Origin: Glaucostegus cemiculus
Lineage: Eukaryota
DNA length: 64,000 bases
Direction of reading: 5' to 3'
Assembly (NCBI GenBank): GCA_976551045.1
Contig: CDPCPM010000012.1
Location: 45,942,001-46,006,000, forward strand
Of the stretch, positions 13,101 to 25,854 are shown piece by piece. Below the pieces are notes generated by a model. The model made no database searches and had not been told where the DNA came from. It saw only the letters and a list, made by a program, of their open reading frames with translations. The number at the start of each line of letters is the position of its first letter. The stretch's first letter is position 1. The translations under genes and the position numbers were made by a program.

Positions 13101-13827
13101 AGTGCAGGGATTAGTGCTAGAGAACAGCTAAAAATAATCCATTCGATACCTGGTAATTATATGGTAATATTTAAAAATGAATCCTGTCCCACATATCACT
13201 TCTCAAAACATCCCTCATATGGAGCAACAGTATAGCCACAGACATATTGGTTAAAAAAATACTCCCTAGCTGTATGCTGGCAGACAATATTTCCTCTCAG
13301 TTGTATCTTGGTTTCAATTACCCCAGCAGAATAATCTAACATCTGAAGACTTCAGTTTTGAGAGAAGCATCAGGAATGTTGGATCCACCCAAGGAGCTGT
13401 TCTTGGCATCAATAAATCCACTATAACCACATTAATTTACACCAGCTGTCAGCCGTACTCAGTTGCTGCATTTGTAGAACTCATTTTGATAGATAACCAC
13501 ACTTTCTTTGAATAGTGAAAGATTAAAAAAGTTGTTTTTAATTCTATGCATTGAATTCAAAGCTTAGTTATAGTGTAACAAGATTCTGAATGTCAGATTT
13601 CAGGATAGATACCGCACAACTATCGATGGTGATCTGGACAGGATGTGGGAAAGCTGAAATCAGTGAAAAGAACAGAGTAACATTTGTGAACCTGGGGATC
13701 TTGCTGTTGTCAACAAGATCCCATTATCACTTTTGGACAGCTCTCCCCCCAAAAGTCAGGCAGTTGAACACACATTTGGATGATTTGGACCAATGAGAAA
13801 GGAGAAGGAACTCTGTGGTTAAAAAAA

Positions 13828-14490
13828 ACAGAATCAGAATCAGATTTATTATCACCGACTTGTATGATGTGAACTTTGTTGTTTTGCAGCAGCAATAATG
13901 CAAAGACATTAAAAATTACTACAAAATTACAAAAATAAATAGTGCAAAAAAGAGGAATAATGAGGTAGTGATTATGGGTTCATGGACCATTCAGAAATCT
14001 GACAACAGAGGAGAAGAAGAATGGTTGAGTGTGGGTCTTCAGGCTCCTGTACCTCCCCCCAATGGTAGTAACAACAAGAGGACATGTCCCAAATGCTGAG
14101 GGTCCTTAGTGATGGATGCTGCCATCCTGAGGCATCACCTCTTGATGTCCTCGACGGTGGGGAGCGTTGTGCCCATGATGGAGCTGGCTGAGTCTATAAC
14201 TCTCTGCAGCCTCTTTCAATCCTGCACATTGGCTTTATCACAACCTGGTATGGAGGCTCCAGTCAGAATGTTCTCCATCATACATCTATAGAAATTTGTA
14301 AGAGTCTTTGTTGACATATCAAATCTCCTCAAACTCCTAATGACGTAGAGATGCTTTGTGCCTTCTTCATGATTGCATCAATGTGTTGGGCCCAGGATAA
14401 AATCTCCAAGATGGTCATGCCCAGCAACTTGAAGCTACTCACGTTTTCCACCGCTGACCTCTCAATGAGGTCTGGTGTGCGTTCTCCTAC
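13828..14490 (-). mobile_element. Rex1/Babar LINE 3' fragment, (ATTCTG)n tail
   Basis: Colinear with 53965-54620; encodes FYRCxxENILT and LPLGGRYRSLKTH motifs. Confidence 0.85.
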
Positions 14491-14494
14491 AAAT

Positions 14495-14740
14495 CTGTTA
14501 ACTTTTTTTCTCTTTCTGACTGCTGAGTGTTTTCAGTTCTTTGTTTTTATTTCAGATTTCCAATCTTTTTTGATTTCCAAGAAATCAGTGGTGATTGGAA
14601 GGCCAGAGGTGACCTTGGTAATCTCAGTGGGAAAATCAAAAAAACTGCAGATGCTGGAAATCTAAAAATAGAAAATACTCTGCATCTGTGGGAAGAGAAA
14701 CAGAATTAATGTTGCAGGTCAAAGACCTGCTATCAGAATT
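14495..14740. mobile_element. Two inverted Penelope-like pLTR fragments around a spacer of about 50 bp
   Basis: ctgctgagtgttttcag...ttatttcagatttcca versus tgcagatgctggaaatctaaaaata...gcatctgtgg...caggtcaaagacctgctatcagaa. Confidence 0.6.
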
Positions 14741-14741
14741 A

Positions 14742-15263
14742 TGGCATCATGGTCTGGTACAGAAATTTGAATGCGAAGGAATGTAAGAAGCTGAAAGAGT
14801 AGCAGACTCAGCCGAATACATCACAGGCACACCCCTCCCCGCCATTGGTAGTACCTACAGAAGGCACTGCCTCAAGAAGGCAAAATCCATCAAAGATCTC
14901 CATCATCCGGGCCATGCCATCTTCTCACTGCTACCATTGGGCAGGAGGTACAGAAGCCTGAAGTCCCACACCATCAGGTTTAAGAACAGTTACTTTCCTT
15001 CAGCCATTCGGTTCTTGAACCATCCGGCACAACCCTAATCATTATAGTTTAGCAAAACTATGGCCACTTTGATCACTTTGCACTAAGGTGAACTTCGCTT
15101 TTTTTTTGTGTTCTTTCTTGTAAAAATTGTGTACAATTTATGTTTATGTTCTTCCTTACGAATGTTGCTATGTGCCTGTGACGCTGCTGCAAGTAAGTTT
15201 TTCATAGCATCTGTGCATACACATACGTGTGCATATGATGACAATAAACTCGACTTTGACTTT
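14742..15263 (+). mobile_element. Rex1/Babar LINE 3' fragment, (GACTTT)n tail
   Basis: HPGHAIFSLLPLGRRYRSLKSHTIRFKNSYFPSAIRFLN followed by a 3' UTR ending gacaataaactcgactttgacttt. Confidence 0.85.
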
Positions 15264-15704
15264 AAAAATCTCAATGGGAGCTAGGGCAGGGCAGGAGGGA
15301 GTTAAGGGAGTACTCCTGGCAAACAAAAGGACAAAATGACCTCAAAGCTGGAAGTTAGCAGCTCTTAGCACTGATAAACTGCAGGGAATCCCAAAGATCT
15401 GTATTCTGCCATCATCAAATTTAATCTGCAATTTCTATTAAGTCACCAGATCTCAAATCCATCATACTAATTATGCTCTACCTGTTTTTGTGGCAGCTTT
15501 GGCAATGGCCGATTTCAAAACTTTATAATTTGAAGAGGTGGGATTGAGACAAGATTTTTTTTTAAAAAAAGAAGTGTCCGAATTCATTACTGCATCAGCT
15601 ACTTTGAGGAAGAAAATAAGAAAATAAATTAAATCAGAAACTTGCTGCGAAATTAAGAAAAATGCTACAGGTCCATCAATAAGTAGGTTGCATTCCGAGA
15701 CAGA

Positions 15705-16290
15705 ACAACAAAAAGTCTGGAGATGCTTGAAATCAGAAATAAAAACAGTGCTCAAAATACTCAGCAGTTCCAACAGCATCTGTGGAAAGAGTTAATAGTT
15801 CAGGTTTATGACTTCTAATCAGAACTGGCTGAATTCAAAGTCCTGAGAGCTGTCAAATCAGAAGATGAGCTGCTGCTCTTCAAGTTTACATGGCACATTT
15901 TTGGAACCATACAAGAAGCAAAAGATACAGGTCAGAGTGTGGGTGGGATGGAGAGTTGAAGTAACAGGCAATTGTAAGCCATTGGGTCACCACTGTGGAC
16001 TGAACCAAAGTGTTCTGTAAAGCGTCGCCTAATCTGTGTTTGGCTTCTCCAGTATAGATGAGACCACATTGTGAGCAGTGAATGCAGTTGAAAGTGGTAC
16101 AAGTAAACCACAGTTTCACCTGGGAGAAGCATTTGGGTCCTCAGATGATGGAAAGGGAAGAGTTAAAAGGGCAAGTTGGATGGCAAAATGTCATTAAAAG
16201 GGGAGTGGGTGTTGGTGGAGAATGCAGAGTGAACCAGACTAGCACTGAGATGATGATCCCTCTGGAGTCCTGAAAGGGGAGGAGTAACTT
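15705..16290 (-). mobile_element. Penelope-like retroelement 3' fragment: GIY-YIG endonuclease plus pLTR
   Basis: Frameshifted FTCTT...CIHCSQCGLIYTGEAKHRLGD / RFTEH / IACYFNSPSHPHSDL / KLEEQQLIF matches the PLE GIY-YIG domain with its CxxC motif; pLTR adjoins at 15705-15830. Confidence 0.85.
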
Positions 16291-18359
16291 TTGAGGACCT
16301 TTAATCAGATGAATGATTAGCCACATTCTTTATGTACAGTGTGAAACTTGAACCTTTGCCTGTTCCAGCATGCTCCTGAGCTTCTGTGTTCTAACAGCAA
16401 ATAATAAGGATATAACTAAATTTCTACCTTCATTGACATGTGATAATTAAATGAAAACAATCGGGGTGGGCTAGAGAATACGAAACTCTTCAAGGCAACT
16501 TAGTTGATACCATACATGTTTTAAGTGCCAATTTGAACAGAGCTTCCAAGGTAAATAACAAGAAACGTACACACCAACTGTGCTAGTCACAAACAGTTGT
16601 TCAGAACTCCAGCAGCACAGCTGACACTGCAATCAAACAGGAGGTTGTATGTCTCAAATGCCTCTTTTTCCCCTCAAATGTTACTTCACCCTTAATGACT
16701 GAAATATCCAGTCAGAGGGGCAATACAACAATCATTCCCTCAGGGTGTTGGAAGTCCAAGCTTTAGTGGTTCCTTGGGTACAAAATCAAACTGGCTTCAT
16801 TCCCCTCTTGTCCACAGGTTAATCCATAAGAATATAGATTGATTTTGGCGTTGAGCTATGGCCATTAGTGCAGACTCATTTTGTCACCCAACCACAGTTA
16901 TCTGATAGCCGGCGGGAATTAAATGAACCAAAGCAGAGCTGATGGACATGTCTGAGAATATTTTGCAGGGGTAGGTACAAGGGAATAAGGAGAGAAGCAG
17001 ATAAATGGGATTGCGACTGAGAGTTAATATGGATCCAAAGGGGTCAATGGCCTCCCTTTGTGTCAGTGTAAGAAAATTAAGCATTAGTACTGATCAAATC
17101 ATTTATACTCTACATGTACAGTAGCAAAGCCCGTAGAAATGTTACACTTTACTCGAAACAAGGGAAAAATAAACCCAGAAATTACAAGCCTGTCAATTTA
17201 ACAGCAGAAGTCAGTGTAATGTTTTACAAGGTCTGTCTTCAGACCCATCTCCATCCAGAATGCTAATGATGCATATCCAGGTGTTGTTTGATTGTGCCAT
17301 TATTTTATTACCCTCCACAGTCCTGTGAAAAATATGGCCTTGCAATTCTCCAGCCTTATGTCTGAGTGTTGGCACTTACTCTCAGCTTGCTCAACTATTA
17401 ACAGACTTGTATTGCCTTCCTTGTTTAAATTTTATCTTTCAAAAAAAAAATCAGTAGATGCAACTTTAAGAGCAATTGCTGACTCGGAATCAGAAGGTCT
17501 TCCTTTGAGTAGACTCCAAAGGCCAGTGCAAAATACACTCAATGAGCCAGCTGCAGACTGAATCCTCAGTGGCTGTTTTGTACAGTTCTTCCTTTTCTCA
17601 GAGTCCATGAGGTAAGAATGTTCTAGGTATAATGCTGATTTGTTAAAATTATCCTAACCTTATTGCCAATTGTAATGTATCCTGAGATGGGTTTAGCTGT
17701 GAATCTGTCAAATTCTAGTAATTATAATAACTGCAGAGCACAGGAGCTTTGAACAAGATTAGTTGTTATCTTAATAGCAATTAACTCATTATAAATGGTG
17801 CTTATGCTAAATGGCACACACAGTGATCTTGCAATTGTGATCAAAATTGCAGACAATTTTCGTGTGCTGAGAAAATAATATAATATCATAGTTATGTGTC
17901 CAAGCCCTCATCTTGTATTCAGACTTGCATTTCTTAAAATAATTTAAGTTTTTTGCCCAAATACATCTCCCAGAAAAGGTTGATCGCTGTGCTAGGTTCA
18001 TCTAAAAAATAAGCATTCCCTAAAGTCAATCCTTAAGCCAAGACACCTACATTTCAACTTGCAGTATAAGCAATACTCAGGCAGTAGACCCAAAGATGTC
18101 CACCTTTCTCCAGGTTAAGATTACTCATCTGATTGTCTTCCAACCTACGACTAACCAGGCCTAAGGAAACCAAAAAGGTATGAGGGAAAAGTAGGCTGTG
18201 GTTGACTGGAAAACTACACAAGGGTGAAAGCAAGTCAGCAGGGCATAGTGGTAAGAAAACGTCCGCTGCTATGTTTGCAATATGACAATACCAGAAAGAA
18301 ATTTACAGAACCAAGATGATAAATCTCAGTTCACTCACCTCTGGAACTATATTAAAAGT

Positions 18360-19610
18360 TAAGACAGTGGATAGGCATTGAAGGAAATAATACATGATTT
18401 GTAGAGATATATTCCATTAAGGCACAAAAACTAACTGAAAAAGTGATCTGTCCGCAGCTGACCGGAGAAATCAAGGATAGCATAAAATGAAAGGAAGAGG
18501 TTTATAAAGCTGTAGGAATAGCAGCAGGCCTGAGAGTTGGGAGCACTTTAGAACTCAAAAAACAATTAAAAAATTGATAAAGTGAAAATATAAAATTCGA
18601 GTAGACTGGTAGCAAACATATTTAGCTTCCATAGGCATATGAAAGGGAAAAGACTAGCAGAGTGAAACATGGGTCGCTTAGGAGAAGTTAGAAAGGAGAA
18701 TAAAATGGCAAAGAAATTAAACAAAAAGTTGTTGATTTTCAGAAGGCTTTAAATAAGTTTTCACACAAGAGACTTGTCAAGGTTAGAACACCTAGAATTG
18801 GGGGTAATATACTGGTATGGATAGGCAAATGTCAAACAGATAGAAAGCAAAGGCTGGGAATAAATGGATTTTTTTCAGGTTGGCAGAGTGTGATCAGAGT
18901 CCACCCATAGGATTTGGTGTATGGCCCCAGCTATTCACAATCTAGAAATGACATTCTGGCTGAGGTAATAAATGTCATATTTCCAAGTTTATTAATGATA
19001 CCAACTAAGTGGGATTGCAAGATGTAAAAACACTTCAAGGAGTAATCGACAAGCTAAGTGAATAAGCAAGAACAGGGTAAATGGAATGTGTGAGAAAATA
19101 AGAGGTCAACAATTCAGTTTACAAAGCAAATTTTTTTTTAAAAAATGGCTCCAGGTCCTTGTATGCAAATTAGTGAAAATTAACACGCAGGAACAACAAG
19201 CAATTAAGAAGGCAATGGTATAAACACCTTTATTAGAAGACAATGATTACAGTAGTAAAGATGTCTTACTGCAATGAACAGGGCCTTGGTGAGACTGCAC
19301 CTGGAGTACTGTGTGGTGTTTGTGTCTCCTAAACAGAAGGATATACTTGCCATAGAAGGAAAGCAACAATGGTTCACTGGACTGGTTCCTGGGTTTGCCG
19401 TATGAGGAAATGAGTAGACCAGTCCAGTAGTGTCTGGAGTTTAGAAGAATGGGAGGTGGTGCCATTGAAACATACAAAACTTCTGGATATTATGGGATAT
19501 GGGAAATTCAGACAAATGGAACTGAGGTAGAAGCTCTTGATGGCTGATTGAACAGACGTGAAGGGCTGGATACCCTACTTTTGATCCTATTGCTTATGTT
19601 TTTATGTTAT
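18360..19610 (+). mobile_element. Decayed, internally deleted CR1 LINE ORF2 and 3' end
   Basis: DFQKAxxKxSHKRL, SKFINDT, ALVRLHLEYCV and LEFRRMGG motifs in order, ending in a ttatgtt tail. Confidence 0.8.
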
Positions 19611-21285
19611 GATCAAACATTTCCAGACAATACTACATTCCCCAACATTGCTCAAGTATGTGTGATATAATTAAGCCAGTGTCAAAATCAGTTCTGCAAA
19701 CTACATTAGGAAATCTGCAGCAGTAGACCTCTGCCAAAAGAGGAATGAGCTTAGACTTGGGTCAATGGCTAGTCTAAAAATTCCTCAGTTTACTGCAAAT
19801 GTTTGGCACAATTGAAGCCCAGTTTACAGATGTTAAACAGATTGTGCAAAAAACACTTCCGCTTTTCAATTAACTTCTCAGAATGTGTATCACTAAAATA
19901 CACATTAACAATTGAATCAAGACCAAATAATTTTTGTATTTTTGTTACACCAACATTTTAAAGATCATCCACCTCGTCAGTCTTCTCCAAATCATGCCTT
20001 CACTCATTAGAGTCCCAAGACTGCACCACTGAAAATGGTCATTGGCAAGGTAAGTGAATTGGGAAAAATCCAAAAATGGTCAAAACCAGATACCATTTGC
20101 TAAGACCTCACTATGATCATGTACAAAGACTGCAGCTGCCAATATGGAGAAATGCAGCTGTACATTCCAGGATGAGATGCGAATTTGTAAACAAATTCCA
20201 AATATTTTGTGCAGAAAAGCAACAACATTTCAAAAGAAACTATATTCCTGCAGGGCCACTGGCAGCTTCAGGATTAAGTGTGGACAGAAAATCAGCATTC
20301 ACCATTTAATGTATCGCATCCATTCCAACATTTATTATAGAAAAAGCACACAACTTGATACTGTGGGACAAAATTTGTTTAAATATCCACATTTATTCTG
20401 TGTCTGGTATGTTTGGTTCTGATTATAAACAGGTCATTTTAGTCATCTATTATATGCAAGCTGCCATAATGAGATTAGTCACTGGAAATGTTTTAAGAAA
20501 AGACAATTAATTTAGTATGAAGGGAACTTGCTTGGCTGGACTTACGTTAACGTGAGGTGCTTAATAATCACTTTTTGTTGAAGCACAAATTTGTAGCTTT
20601 GCAAGTTTAAAGTAAAATTTTCAATCATGCATTTGCAGAGCAGACTTTCCTAAAGCTAGTTACCATGAAAATGATTTTGAATCTAAACTGAAGTAACTAC
20701 TGCAAATGGTCAAGTTTCTTTGTGTGTTTTCTTCAACCAAATATTGGTCGAAAAACTTGATTCTTCTAAAGCAAGGTGATCAAACACCAAATGTCAAACT
20801 ATAGGAAAACTATTATAAAAATGAAATGTCTGTTAGCCACATACAACTATCTATTCCTGAAAAAATAATTAAACTGCTAAATTCCACAGGCATTCAGAAA
20901 ATTAGGCAAAACAGTCACGGAAATATAGGAACACACCCATGACTGAAGAATATTGATATTGGGACAGGTATAGGCAACAGAATCAAACCTGAAGAACAGA
21001 CCTTTAGCATATCCTTATTTAATAAATTTGTAAAATTTGTTAAAAGTTGGTAACCATTTGAAGCATGCAATCTACAATGGTAAAACCATAAATACTTATA
21101 TTTGCTCAGCCATGGTGGCTGTGATTTTAATTGCAAGTCCATATTGCAGGTAGAAAGATCCGAAGTCTTTGGAAAATATCCCCTTAAGACTTCAATGTAG
21201 GACTTTGATTATTTGGCTGTTCATTTCAGTCATTATCTTCTTATACACAATCCATGCCACACAGACTACTGGCTGCAGATATTTT

Positions 21286-21596
21286 AGATAGATATAGATA
21301 TTTGTTTATTAGTCACATGCACATCAAAAGAACAGTGAAATATGTCTTTTTGCATTGCTAAGAATATGCTGGGGGCAGCCAGTAAGTGTCGCCACTTTTC
21401 CGGCACCACCATAGCATGCCCACTGCTCCTAACCTGTAGGTCTTTAGAAAGTAGGAGGAAACCCAAGCATCTGGAGGAAACCCATGCAGACACAGGGAGA
21501 ATGTACAAACTCTTTACAGGCAGCAGCAGGAATTGGACCCAGGTCGCTGATGCCATAATAGCATTATGTTAACCGCTATGCTATCATGTCGCCCCA
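21286..21596 (-). mobile_element. Full-length tRNA-derived V-SINE, (ATATCT)n tail
   Basis: Reverse complement matches 8861-9155 along its length; A box TAGCATAGCGG. Confidence 0.85.
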
Positions 21597-22099
21597 GTAA
21601 TAAACATCAGGGTTTATTAGTCCAAGATATTGAATTCATTTTGATCATACAATTTGTCTGTATTTATGTGTCCATTCTCATTAAATGTGAACAAAAAGAC
21701 AGCCTTGTTTATGAACTGTCAGTATCAGGTAGGACAAACTTATAATTTCCAATAGATTTTCAGTTTTTATAAGAAAAACAAGAATTCAACCTAAAAATGT
21801 CCATTGTTGGGTGTTGCAATTTTCCATTGAAAATTTGTATGGCATCTGCCAACAGGAAACCAGAAATATTTCCACCCTTTTCCTGATATCCCCATTCTTT
21901 TCTAAAAATCAGCTTTATGCAAGAGCTCTTTAGTACTTTGTTTTGCATTCAGAATTTAAGCCTTCAGAGTTCTACCCATATTGATTTGTATCTTGCATTC
22001 AGGCTCAGATTCTAAGTTGTTGGACATTGTCCAGCTCCACATCTAAGTGGCCACATGACTTAATACCCAGGGCCATCAAAACCAGGCTCAACTTTTCCT

Positions 22100-22265
22100 C
22101 AGAAAGAGAAACGGAGTTAACATTTCACCTCAAAGACCTTTTGTCAGAACTGATGAAGGGTCTTCAAACTGAAATAGTAGCAGTTCCTCTTTCCACAGAT
22201 GCTGCCTGACCTGCATTTTTTTTTTATTTCAGATTTCCAACATCTGGGGTTTTATTTGATTTTCA
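22100..22265. mobile_element. Penelope-like pLTR hairpin with back-to-back hammerhead-like motifs
   Basis: Plus-strand CTGATGA-AGGGTCTTCAAACT-GAAA at 22150-22174, then ccacagatgctgcctgacctgc; inverted degenerate copy at 22100-22147. Confidence 0.7.
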
Positions 22266-22959
22266 ACTTCTTTCCTAGATAGTTTCTCCCAGATCCCACC
22301 ATATACACAGTTGGAACTGTAACTGGTCTATCAAGGTCAATTGAGGCATTGTATCAAACATCAAATTAGCTATTATGACATGAAAACCAAAATAAATCTG
22401 GAATAAATAGATAGCAGTCATCATTAGAATATCAGGTGCTGCAATAACTCTAATGATTCTAAAGCCCACTGTCCTCATTTGGTGCAGCCTTTTGGGATCC
22501 AGATCTACAGCAATTTCATGGAGTTTTAACGACTCAGTGAAATGGCCTGGTGACGCATTGACCTAGTAAACTAGACACTATTTAAACTGTCGTGAGAACA
22601 TTGGAAACCTCTTGTCATATGGCCAGAAAGGTAAACCCCTTCAATGCAACTCGAGAATGGTCCATACTCAAGAGAATCCTATACTCCAAGTCACTCAACC
22701 TTTACTAAGAAACTTGCTAAACATTTAGTTAAGGAAACTTTCAGTACAAACATAAGCCTAAAAAAATGACTTTGGCCAAGAATATGCATACCATTTTCAG
22801 TGTGCCAGATGCATGCTAATTATAGCACCGGCACCAAATTTGAAATTGCTAAATAAAAACTGTTGAGAGAATTTTGCTTCGTGCAATTTTCTTGTTTTGT
22901 GTTAAGAGTACTGTAACCTGACCAGTGTGTTTGTCGTGGACTGCAGCTTGCTGGGCTCA

Positions 22960-24537
22960 CATTTATCTACAGTTACTCAAACATGAAATATAAAGGTTCA
23001 TAAGAGTGGCTCCAAACCATGGGAAATGAATTAGTCCCATTAAAGCCATATCCCATTAACAGTCACACACCATGCCATGAAGTTGAGGTTGAGGGGTGGG
23101 AGGGGGGTTGCATGGGCAGGAGGAAAGGAAGGATAAGAAAGGGAAATTAGGTGGAAAGGGCAAGATTTCAATGGCACGTCATCCAAGTTATGGAGTGGCC
23201 ATGACTGGGGAGGAAAGGCCAAATGCTCCAATCACAGTGGGTATGTGAACACTGGCGCCTCCGCTGAGTGCCATCGTCACAAGGGGTGGCAAGTGCCATG
23301 CTTACAAGGAGGTAACCAGGTGATGGGGGGGGGGGGAAGCAACATTAGACTGGGGGAGGAGGGGATTGCAACCTAACCCCATGCCATCACCTGCCAACAT
23401 TTTTAAAGAAAACTCAGCTGTAACAGGTGACTGCTCTGAGAACCCAGCACTACCCCTTTAAATCACATTGATTTCACTTCTGTCATTATGATGTACTCCT
23501 TGTGGAACTGTGCACTAAAAATCAGATTTTTATTCCCACTTCTGCCATAAGGCTTACTAAATGCACTGTGCACATTGATGATGTCATTATAAATGCAAAA
23601 TACAATATAAAAATACTTTGGCACTAGTACAGTAGTAGTAGATTGTGTCAGAAAGTGCCTGGTCTAATTTCCCAATGGGCAGGATTTTAATCAGGAGATG
23701 TGTGCAAACACAGCATGCGATTTTTGGACATGTTTTGCAATGAGCTATAAATGCGCAAGGGAAAAAAAAAACAGGTGCAAATGGATTTTCTCTCCTCCAA
23801 CTTCTATTCAATAGTCTTTTCAAATGAGAATTGCTGGTTTTAAAGAAGAGCAATCTCTACACATAAACTATACTCATTTCCTACATTTAAAGTAAAAAAA
23901 ATGTGCAGTGAATAAACTTTTAATCAGAATGCATTTTAATTTATTATTCAGCTTTATCACATGGAATTAAACAATGCTTTCACTGTGACGTGGCACAAAG
24001 TTTAAAGCTGGCAACTTCACAAGCTAATCTTCACTCCCCCCACCCCCTACCCAACTCCACAACACCACTTGTACCATTTTCCATCACAGACAAATGAGTG
24101 ACTCCGGCTCGTCTCCAAGCAGCTGCTAGGATGCAAGGAAAATAAATTTGGGCGGTTTTTCCATTTGTTCTCTTCTTTGTAAGCAGGAGAACCTCCAGGC
24201 AGCTGCAACATACAGTAAAGTGCAGAGGACTCTTGATGCCAAAGTTGCTTGGTATTTTCTAATGCAGTTAAATTGCTACGTTTGGCCAATTCAATATTAG
24301 ATTTCACATTTTCTCGATTTAAAAAAGATCAAAGTAATACTTTCAAGCGATAACAATCAGCAAACAGTGTAAAATTACATTGCAGCTTTATGATTTATTA
24401 CAACTTAAATGTGTTGGTACAAATTTGTAGCTGGAAATTATCATTCAGAACCTTTTCAAATAAAATTTACTTGATTTCATTAATCTACAGTTACTTAAAC
24501 ATGAAATATATAGGTTCATAAGAGTGGCTCTGAACCA
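22960..24537 (+). repeat. 60-bp direct repeat pair (22960-23019 and 24478-24537)
   Basis: 55 of 60 positions identical by manual ungapped alignment; offset 1518 bp. Confidence 0.9.
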
Positions 24538-24595
24538 GATGTTGAAATATTTTTTCCAATGGAAAATTGTCTCAGCTAAAGAAAGGTATTGAAAC

Positions 24596-25020
24596 TACTG
24601 TAAAACTCCAATAACCCAGCACACTTTGGCCTTTGGTTGTGCTGGAATGCCAGATTTTCTGGACTATTGGATGTTTCTTCTATTAATACCCAAACACACT
24701 TTTATTTCAGTTTGGTTTTAAACATGTAACACCATAATATAATGAATTTTCCACTGAACCTGGTCTATTTAATGGGAGTGGGGAACATACAAGCACTCTG
24801 GATCCCGCTCCAGCCATTCCTGAGCCCTGGTGTTCCAGACCACAACACTGCCTCCAGCTGCCCACCCAACCCACAGTGTAGAGCCTGGAGCCCCAGCTCT
24901 GGCCACACACCTCACTTCCAACAGATCCCTGGCTCACGCTCTGAACTAGTCAGTGAGCTAGAAGCCAGACTATCAGGGTTTCCCAACAACTGGATGCATG
25001 ATTATCAAAGTTTCACTGTA
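24596..25020. mobile_element. Non-autonomous Tc1/mariner-pogo (Tigger-like) MITE
   Basis: Imperfect TIRs TA-ctgtaaaactccaataa and ttatcaaagtttcactg-TA with flanking TA; sub-terminal ccagattttctggactat / ccagactatc motifs. Confidence 0.65.
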
Positions 25021-25854
25021 TTCAGCTTTCCATAGCCAAGCTAAAAGTGCAACATTTACTGTTGGACAGACCCAGGGTTGGAAAAATAAAATCAACTTGA
25101 TTTGAAAAAAGATTTCAAACCATCACTGCAGCTTGAAGTATAGATAGTAAGTGGGTAATGTTGGAGGTGGGGTAGTGGTGCTAGAGGGTTGGGAGGGAAA
25201 AGATCCAGCAAAGCAGCCACATGGAACACAACCAGATTACAAAATTACTGAAGGATGCCCAACTGGACTGACCTACCTCTAGTACTCTAAATCATTCTTG
25301 GAGGAAGATCAGGCCTGATAGGAACTAAGAATGCTTCAGACCTAATGTGGGTTTCTGGGTCTCTGATCCCACATCCCCTCCATAAAATGCTGTTCCTAAC
25401 AGCCGGAATTTTGCTGTATCCATTAAGTGGCCTATTAGCTGATTAAGAATAATTACTTCAAGTGTTTTCTTTTGTTTTCATTCTTTCCCCTACATCTAAC
25501 TCAAAGAATCATTCACTCAGTACTGCATGGTCAAAGGGGTGGATGAGATGCTAAGTAGAGGTTCCAGCATCTTACATGCAAAGGGCTTGCATCAAGGGCA
25601 AAAAAACCATAAAAATATCCTATATCATAGTACACCAAAAAAAGATCCAGTAGGCACTAGAATTCTGCCTTCAGGTGAATGCAAAAGATCTTATGACAGT
25701 TTTGTAGAGTCCATCTTCAGTATTAAATCCAAGTCTACCAGCTGATTGTAAGAGAAGTACTGGAGTGGGTGCAGTTGAACATGTTAACAACAACATCCTC
25801 TGACAAGGAACTTACTGCATTGTTGATAGAGTTTTGGTAGGGTGGAGACCATGG

